Source: Telmatocola sphagniphila (GTDB lineage: Bacteria; Planctomycetota; Planctomycetia; Gemmatales; Gemmataceae). Taken from it: a DNA stretch of 32,000 nt. Shown one piece after another: positions 26,394 through 32,000 of this stretch; position 1 is the stretch's first letter, and every line of letters starts with the position of its first letter. The translations under genes and the position numbers were made by a program. The notes beneath the pieces are model-generated. The model had not been told where the DNA came from. It saw only the letters and a program-made list of their open reading frames with translations, and made no database searches. The DNA lies in the NCBI RefSeq assembly GCF_018398935.1, contig NZ_CP074694.1, forward strand, positions 5,490,001 to 5,522,000, in the 5' to 3' direction.

Positions 26394-26401
26394 GTGCCAT
26401 G
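26394..26401 (-). promoter_or_regulatory. Conserved upstream block (CATGGCAC on the coding strand), 49-56 nt before the paralog A start
   Basis: The same octamer sits at the same distance upstream of paralog B (28183-28190). A second shared block, TTTCTTT, lies 17-23 nt upstream of both starts. The surrounding sequence is diverged. Confidence 0.3.
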
Positions 26402-26595
26402 TTTTCAAAAGAACAACTGATGTAATGCGATTGCTGGCTTGGCATGAGTTGCCACTTAATTATTGTCATACAACAAAATTAAAGATGCGAAAAGATATTT
26501 TTGGAAATAGACAAATTACTGTATCCATCAGAGAGTGAACAAATCGATAAAGACGCTCTATTAACTCTGACTATGGCTATTTAGAATATTATACT

Positions 26596-26804
26596 GTGAG
26601 CGTTTTTTCGCAGTCATCCCGTTTCGCTACAACGTCACGCTGAACGTGGTGCAACAGAATGGCAATCAAACGACGCTGGCCGGTTCTTCCCGGCTGCCGT
26701 TCTTCGGAACCTTCCAGTACTCCGCCGTTTCGGATGGCCAGAGCTTGAACGCCGAGTACACTTCGCGAAGCGACCGTGGTCAATTCCAATTGAGGAGGAG
26801 ATAG
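26596..26804 (+). pseudogene. 5'-truncated duplicate of the 133-aa secreted-protein gene (last 68 codons only)
   Basis: It reads ...RFFAVIPFRYNVTLNVVQQNGNQTTLAGSSRLPFFGTFQYSAVSDGQSLNAEYTSRSDRGQFQLRRR*. An in-frame TGA lies at 26568-26570, and there is no ATG/GTG/TTG between that stop and the homology start. Confidence 0.85.
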
Positions 26805-27066
26805 GGGGCAATTTTCCACGCCGCCTTTTTGGATTGTCTTCGAAAAATTCAAAAATCGAATCCGGGCTTTTTACGAAGTTCGAATAATTCTGGATAACTG
26901 GCATGAATTGCCAGCGAATATTGTGAAGTTTTTGACGAAATGGCCAACGATTTCAGTCTCACCATACAAGTAGTTATTTCAGTGTATTGAGTGCTTTGTT
27001 AGCATTTTTTCTAATTTCTTCTGGATAAGATTCGCTCGTGAATTCTTTGCACATTTTTTTGAATTC
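26596..27066. repeat. 471-nt direct repeat, copy 2
   Basis: See copy 1. Confidence 0.95.
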
Positions 27067-28134
27067 AGGATAATAAATTTTATTGATACTACTTGTCGAT
27101 ATATAAGGCAAATATTCAGCCATCTGAATCACCGGGGGATATTTAAATTGTTTATCAACTTGATATAAATAGTGGTAAAACTTTATTACGTAGTCAAGAT
27201 CAAATTCCATGGAATAAGTGCTACTAGCTTTGTCAGGCGGAAATGTAACATGAGTCCACTTTCCTGACCCAATGCTATGCAGATATTTTCTAATCTCAGT
27301 TTGATCGCATTTTTCCTTTCTGTGGAGTGTGGCGATTTGGGATAAAACTCTAATATCGGATTTAGTCCATCGCTCTTTCGCTTGATTTGTGAGAAATTCA
27401 TTCAAAAAATAATATGTATGTGAATGCGCGGATGATAAGTTATTGATTACATCTTTGTAATTGTCCATACAAATATTATTTAGGAAGAACTTACGTTTTT
27501 CAATTGACCAACATGCTATGTAGAGATTTTGTGAAGTAGTTCCAGCTAATATCATTTCTAATCTGGATCTTAAATTTGAAGTAGAGTATTTTTTGACATG
27601 CTCTACGAAAGGTAGTAACTGACTTGATAAAATAATTTGAGCTTCATCTCTCGCTTTTTCATTAAATGCAATCGGGTACGGCAATATTGGACACCAAATT
27701 TTAAAAAGTTCATTTTCCGTCGTTATTGCTGAAATTTCATCACTTATACCTTCATTATTATCTTGCAGATAGAAAAGTCCGAGATCACCGATTTCGGGAT
27801 TCGAATCATACTTTAGTCGTAGAGGTTCATATATATATCTTGCGCTTGATCGGAATGTAGGACTCGTATTTGAGAATGCCCTAACTATGAAATTGCAATT
27901 TTGAAATTTAATATTTCCGGACAATATTTTATCAACTACAAGAGTACTTTTAAACGTACATGACAAATCAATCTTGGTATAAAGTGCATCTTGCGGACGA
28001 TCTGATCGCCTTTCAATTCTATCTGATACTTTTACATATCTCCCAAGAACAAATGTGACATTATTTGGAATGACTTGTAAAAACGTAGAAAAGAAAACTA
28101 TCAAATCAATTTTTATAATTGTAATCGATGCCAT
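26974..28134 (-). CDS. Paralog B of the unrecognised AT-rich protein family (intact, 386 aa)
   Basis: A long ORF in about 28% G+C DNA (hand count on one line). It has a short hydrophobic N-terminus, MASITIIKIDLIVFFSTFLQVIP. I recognise no domain. It is a paralog of 25281..26345. Confidence 0.75.
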   Translation of the reverse strand: MASITIIKIDLIVFFSTFLQVIPNNVTFVLGRYVKVSDRIERRSDRPQDALYTKIDLSCTFKSTLVVDKILSGNIKFQNCNFIVRAFSNTSPTFRSSARYIYEPLRLKYDSNPEIGDLGLFYLQDNNEGISDEISAITTENELFKIWCPILPYPIAFNEKARDEAQIILSSQLLPFVEHVKKYSTSNLRSRLEMILAGTTSQNLYIACWSIEKRKFFLNNICMDNYKDVINNLSSAHSHTYYFLNEFLTNQAKERWTKSDIRVLSQIATLHRKEKCDQTEIRKYLHSIGSGKWTHVTFPPDKASSTYSMEFDLDYVIKFYHYLYQVDKQFKYPPVIQMAEYLPYISTSSINKIYYPEFKKMCKEFTSESYPEEIRKNANKALNTLK

Positions 28135-28182
28135 GATGTAACTTACCAGATTTCTTTAAATATATCTGGGCATACTGTTTAA

Positions 28183-28190
28183 GTGCCATG
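28183..28190 (-). promoter_or_regulatory. Conserved upstream block (CATGGCAC on the coding strand), 49-56 nt before the paralog B start
   Basis: It matches 26394-26401 in sequence and spacing. Confidence 0.3.
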
Positions 28191-28342
28191 AAAAGCGCGT
28201 TCAATTTTGCACGTCAATTAGACCACAATGGAGTAGTATTATCATCCAAGATATTTGGTAAGTCAACAAAAAAAGTAGAGATTTTCACCAATTAAGAGTT
28301 CAGAAGCGTGAGAGCTTATTTTTGCTTTACTACCTCAAAAGT

Positions 28343-28371
28343 AAGATTTCAGCTCGTTGAACTGAAATCTT
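28343..28371. terminator. Perfect 10-bp stem hairpin (AAGATTTCAG-N9-CTGAAATCTT) with T-rich flanks on both strands
   Basis: The stem halves are 28343-28352 and 28362-28371. It is followed by CTATTTTG on the plus strand and by ACTTTTGAGG on the minus strand. It lies 36 nt downstream of the stop of the 62-aa minus-strand ORF and about 210 nt upstream of paralog B. Confidence 0.3.
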
Positions 28372-28406
28372 CTATTTTGCCCATTTGGTGACTCAATCTC
28401 GCTATT

Positions 28407-28595
28407 TTATCTGGCAGTCGTTAGTCTGGAAAAGATAGGTAATGGACTCCGCAGAATAGATAAGGCCAGTTCAACAGGGTGAACAATTACCCTCAAAAAA
28501 CTGCCATACTTTTCTGATTCCAAGGCATCGACATTCGTTCCATCGCTTCTGACAGCATATTCTCTAGATTTACCTATTTGCAAATTTATTTTCAA
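28407..28595 (-). CDS. Small hypothetical ORF (62 aa) at the right edge of the AT-rich islet
   Basis: The only support is the ORF itself and the downstream hairpin. There is no recognisable motif and no clear ribosome-binding site. Confidence 0.2.
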   Translation of the reverse strand: MKINLQIGKSREYAVRSDGTNVDALESEKYGSFLRVIVHPVELALSILRSPLPIFSRLTTAR

Positions 28596-28696
28596 ATCTA
28601 TCGTTAATCGCTCTACCCAACTAAAATATCCCCCTCCCGGCGGCGTCTCTATAACAGGGTTAGTGACCGAATCACAACCCCCGAGAGGTATTCATC

Positions 28697-29188
28697 ATGA
28701 CAGCAAAAGAAATCCTAGTCATCGACATGGACACGGCCACGTTCATACTCAACACCTACTTGAGCGACTTTACCGAAGCGGAAATGCTCAAACGGCCCGT
28801 GCCGCAGGCCAATCATACCGCATGGCAGTTGGGCCATCTGATCGCTTCAGAAAATGACATGTTGAGTGCTCTGACGCCACCTGCCAGCATCAGCCTCCCC
28901 GAGGGGTTTGCCAAACAGCACAGCAAGGAATCCGCCGGAAGCGACGATCCGGCCAAATTCCTGACCAAAGCTCAATATCTCGAATTGATGCAGAAAGTTC
29001 GCGCGGCGTCCAAAGAGGCTCTGGCGAAAATGACTGATGCGGATTTCAATAAACCGGGTCCGGACGCATTAAAATCCTTCGCGCCAACGCTCGGGGCACT
29101 GTTCAGCGTGATTGCTGGCCATCCGATGATGCACACCGGGCAGTTGGCCGTGCTGCGCCGGGCGCTCGGCAAGCCGATTCTGATGTGA
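28697..29188 (+). CDS. DinB-family (DinB_2-like) four-helix-bundle protein
   Basis: 163 aa. The His-containing helices are NHTAWQLGHLIASE and IAGHPMMHTGQLAVLRRALG, typical of the DinB superfamily. Confidence 0.8.
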   Translation: MTAKEILVIDMDTATFILNTYLSDFTEAEMLKRPVPQANHTAWQLGHLIASENDMLSALTPPASISLPEGFAKQHSKESAGSDDPAKFLTKAQYLELMQKVRAASKEALAKMTDADFNKPGPDALKSFAPTLGALFSVIAGHPMMHTGQLAVLRRALGKPILM

Positions 29189-29265
29189 TAGAGATTTTCT
29201 TTTTTCAAAAATCGCCCAAGCCCCCGTTCAAACCGGATTCCGTTCTCAGACAGAGCTGCTCCCCC

Positions 29266-29955
29266 ATGCCAAATATCGTTCGCGTCGTGGATCTCTGCAA
29301 AAACTACTATCTGGGGGATGTGCTGCCGGTTCTGCGCGATCTTCAACTCGAAATCGACGAGGGGGATTTCGTGGCTCTGATGGGCCCCTCCGGTTCCGGA
29401 AAATCGACTTTGCTCAATATCCTCGGCTGTCTCGATCGGCCGACCAGCGGCAGCTACTTTCTGGGCGAGGTCGACGTTTCGGAGATGGACGATGATGCCC
29501 TGTCGGATGTGCGTAGCCGGTATCTGGGGTTCATTTTTCAGTCTTACAATTTGCTCCCGCAATATACGGTGGTGGAAAATATCGAAATTCCGCTGCTCTA
29601 TCAGGGTCTGGAACTAAACGATCTTACCCGGGCCCGCTGCGTCGAACTGGCCGAGATGGTCGGCCTGGCCGAGCGGCTCGATCACCGCCCCTTTCAGCTC
29701 TCGGGCGGTCAGCAGCAACGGGTGGCTATTGCCCGTTCGCTAGTGAATGATCCTCATGTGATTCTAGCCGATGAACCGACTGGGAACCTGGACTCGCGCA
29801 CTTCGGATGAGATCATGCAGATGCTCACCGATATGAACAACGCGGGCAAAACCATCATCATGGTGACCCACGAAAACGATATCGCCGCCTGGGCTCGGCG
29901 CGTCATCCGATTGCGCGATGGTGTTATCGAATCGGATGTGCGAAATCGCCAATAA
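29266..29955 (+). CDS. ABC transporter ATP-binding protein (MacB/LolD-type)
   Basis: 229 aa from ATG 29266; the track's 29185 start adds an implausible leader. Motifs are Walker A GPSGSGKSTLLNILG, the Q-loop FIFQSYNLLP, the signature LSGGQQQRVAIARSL, Walker B VILADEPTGNLD and the H-loop MVTHE. Confidence 0.9.
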   Translation: MPNIVRVVDLCKNYYLGDVLPVLRDLQLEIDEGDFVALMGPSGSGKSTLLNILGCLDRPTSGSYFLGEVDVSEMDDDALSDVRSRYLGFIFQSYNLLPQYTVVENIEIPLLYQGLELNDLTRARCVELAEMVGLAERLDHRPFQLSGGQQQRVAIARSLVNDPHVILADEPTGNLDSRTSDEIMQMLTDMNNAGKTIIMVTHENDIAAWARRVIRLRDGVIESDVRNRQ

Positions 29956-29961
29956 GAAAAA

Positions 29962-32000
29962 TCAATCGGCTCGCAAAGCAGAAACAATTTTCTGCTTCAA
30001 CGTCGCATAAATGGCCCAGCGGATCGCAATAACCCCGGCAATAAATACCACTCCTAAAAGCACGCCCAGCCGCAACCAGGGTATCTCCGATAGCCGCGTA
30101 GCTGGTAATATCGAGATCAGCGCGGCCAGCACGCCAATCGCCAGACCGACGGCGAACAGCGAAAAATTCTCCCAGTTCAGCAAGCCGCGGATCACCGGCC
30201 GGGAGTATCCGAGCGCAGTCAACAGGGCCAATTCCCCGCGCCGTTCGAAAATGTTTCGCAACAGCACCGCCGCCAGGCCCAGCACGCCTAGCAGTAATCC
30301 CAGCCCGCCCAGCAATTGGAAGGTCGTCAGATAAGTGTTCTCGACGGCCAGATAATTGGCCACGCGCTGCCGAGTACCGGAAATGCTAGGCCCATAAACT
30401 CCCAGACCAGTGAGCAACTGTTTCTGTTGCTCTTCCGGCAGATCGAGCAGGAAGAAGCCGTAACCCTCCTGCTTCGGATAATGCTGCAGGAAGGCTTTGG
30501 CACTCATCAGGATCTCGCTTTGAAAAGGCGAATCCTTCAGAGTACCGACCAACTTCACCGAGTAGGGTTTGCCATTTTCATCGGGAATTTCAAACACATC
30601 GCCGATGCTTTTCTTCAGCATCCAGGTAGCGGTGTTCTCTTCGACGAAGATGGGAACCGGCTCGCCGGGCGAGACTTCTTCCAATAGAGTCCAGGGATTT
30701 TCCGCCGCGTGAATTTGATCGGAAAAGACGAAGCCCCCCCGTTGAAGGAACTCGGCCGAGACGCCCAGCACACGCGGATTGGTGGCCTGATAGAGATTCA
30801 AACAGGAGGCATCATCCCCGGCCCGCACGCGGAACGCATAAAGCGACTGCTTGCCCTGCCACTGATCTTCCACGGCTTTGACCTTGCTCGCCACCTCGGT
30901 GGCATTCAATTTCTGGTCCTGATAAATGCGTCGCAACCCGGCTAGCAGGTTATCCAGAAATTCCGGTGTGTTAGGAGCCACGAACAGCGGCACATCCAGT
31001 TCCATGATCTCGGGAAAGCCACCCGAACCGCCTTCTTTCTTGGCGAAATCGGCCTCCGGCTCCCGGCGGAAGGATTCCACCGCCACCAGTAGAAATCCGG
31101 CACTGGCTAACAGCCCGGCGGTCAGCAGACTGCGCGTCGGGTTCCGGGCGGTATTGGTCCAGGCCAGATTGCCGAGACTGCGAACAGGTGTTTTGTGCGA
31201 CTTCAAGCGGATCCAGAGCATTCCCAGAAGGAAAATCAAAATGCCACTCCCCCCACTGAAGAACGAACCTGCCCGGGGCTCGCCCGGCGGCATATAAGGT
31301 CCCATGACCAAGCAGGCCAGGCCGCCGACTAACACCACCCACAACACGATTTTCAGTATGCGATGCCGCCGCGGATTCACCTCCTGCGTTTCGATCCGCT
31401 CATCCAGTTGGCTGCTGGTCACTCCCTTCAGTAACAACGCTGGCGGAATCTTACGCAGGATTCGCACGGCCCAGCGGATGGCGAATAAAGACATTCCAAC
31501 CGAGGCGATCAGGCCGATAATCAAACTCGTCGGACCGATGTGCAGACGCAGAAAGCTCCGCACGCTGGCATCGGGCCAGAGCACTTTCAACATGTAGAGC
31601 ATGCCGGCCGCGAAACCGATCGCCCCCAATAGACCTAACAGGCTGCCGATCAAGGACAGCAGCATGCCCTCCTGAGTGAGAAGGCTGCGAATCCAGGTCG
31701 GAGAAAAACCACTGGCCTCGAGCAGGCCGAATTCTTTAGCTCGGCGTTCGACATTCAGCCGGAACATCAGGCCGACTAGCAACAGAGCGGCCACGATCAA
31801 AAAGAAGCTGAACCCAAGAAAGAGCATCCCGAAATCGTTGCTGCCCGAGCTGGATTTCAGCAGCCGTTCGCGAATCGGCTCGAAAACGAAGCCGCCTGCC
31901 TTGGGATCGAGATGTTTCAAAAAGGCTTGAGAAAACTGCGTCAGCCCGGCGTTCAAATCCTGACCGGCCGTCGGCGCAATTCGCACGCTGGTCGTATCGC
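29962..32000 (-). CDS. FtsX/MacB-type ABC transporter permease with two FtsX domains; the N-terminus is probably beyond the window
   Basis: At least 674 aa. One FtsX-like module is ERRAKEFGLLEASGFSPTWIRSLLTQEGMLLSLIGSLLGLLGA. A second is ERRGELALLTALGYSRPVIRGLLNWENFSLFAVGLAIGVLAA. The track ORF starts at an ATG 15 nt from the window edge, so the true start may lie outside the window. Confidence 0.85.
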   Translation of the reverse strand, partial: DTTSVRIAPTAGQDLNAGLTQFSQAFLKHLDPKAGGFVFEPIRERLLKSSSGSNDFGMLFLGFSFFLIVAALLLVGLMFRLNVERRAKEFGLLEASGFSPTWIRSLLTQEGMLLSLIGSLLGLLGAIGFAAGMLYMLKVLWPDASVRSFLRLHIGPTSLIIGLIASVGMSLFAIRWAVRILRKIPPALLLKGVTSSQLDERIETQEVNPRRHRILKIVLWVVLVGGLACLVMGPYMPPGEPRAGSFFSGGSGILIFLLGMLWIRLKSHKTPVRSLGNLAWTNTARNPTRSLLTAGLLASAGFLLVAVESFRREPEADFAKKEGGSGGFPEIMELDVPLFVAPNTPEFLDNLLAGLRRIYQDQKLNATEVASKVKAVEDQWQGKQSLYAFRVRAGDDASCLNLYQATNPRVLGVSAEFLQRGGFVFSDQIHAAENPWTLLEEVSPGEPVPIFVEENTATWMLKKSIGDVFEIPDENGKPYSVKLVGTLKDSPFQSEILMSAKAFLQHYPKQEGYGFFLLDLPEEQQKQLLTGLGVYGPSISGTRQRVANYLAVENTYLTTFQLLGGLGLLLGVLGLAAVLLRNIFERRGELALLTALGYSRPVIRGLLNWENFSLFAVGLAIGVLAALISILPATRLSEIPWLRLGVLLGVVFIAGVIAIRWAIYATLKQKIVSALRAD

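Noticed and set aside
22942-27066. I considered the repeat / variable gene / repeat layout as an integron-like cassette array or a CRISPR-like array.
   Set aside because: There are only two copies. The repeat is 471 nt long and includes ordinary coding sequence of a neighbouring gene. The window has no integrase or cas genes, and nothing resembles an attC-like imperfect palindrome. Homologous recombination or duplication explains the layout better.
28596-28640. A possible tRNA gene on the minus strand (GGATATTTTAGTTGGGTAGAGCG...).
   Set aside because: Only a D-loop-like GTTGGGTAGAGC string is present. The 5' D-stem partner (GCTC) is missing, and I could form no anticodon or T arm from the following AT-rich sequence. 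At most it is a degenerate fragment.

Overview
The gene content suggests a chromosomal segment of a Planctomycetota-like bacterium: PEP-CTERM-anchored autotransporter-beta-strand-repeat giants, WD40, YCII/DGPF, DinB, and IS630/IS1380 remnants. This taxonomic call is my inference. Hand counts on single 60-nt lines give about 65% G+C in purL and about 27-28% in the AT-rich islet described below.

Ordinary content:
- a 5'-partial HTTM-like membrane protein
- two roughly 1000-aa PEP-CTERM surface proteins on opposite strands
- a WD40 protein and a sulfotransferase
- an overlapping tyrA-purL pair, where purL carries a PurS-like N-terminal extension
- two YCII/DGPF proteins and a DUF4287/DUF5655 protein
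- an AraC regulator followed by a DUF417 (RclC/YkgB-like) membrane protein
- a RibD-C/DHFR-like reductase and a DinB protein
- a convergent ABC ATPase and FtsX-type permease, the permease running off the 3' end of the window

Accessory content:
1. An AT-rich islet (about 23.15-28.6 kb) holds two divergent paralogs of a roughly 387-aa protein family I cannot assign to any known family.
   - The islet is framed by a 471-nt, about 98% identical direct repeat. The repeat also duplicates the 3' half of the neighbouring secreted-protein gene.
   - One paralog is split by an IS1380-like element with clear inverted repeats and an ACTAGG target duplication. Its transposase carries two frameshifts.
2. 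A translationally coupled two-gene module pairs an unknown 221-aa protein with a 149-aa protein carrying an RNxxxH (HEPN-like) motif. It sits between purL and the YCII genes.
3. An orphan 243-aa protein has an H-G-T / G-R-G-I-Y-F / Q-L-C-V motif order reminiscent of H-Y-[EDQ] ADP-ribosyltransferase-fold proteins.
4. A heavily deleted IS630 relic.

No rRNA, tRNA or CRISPR array was seen. All family assignments come from motif recognition by eye, not from searches.
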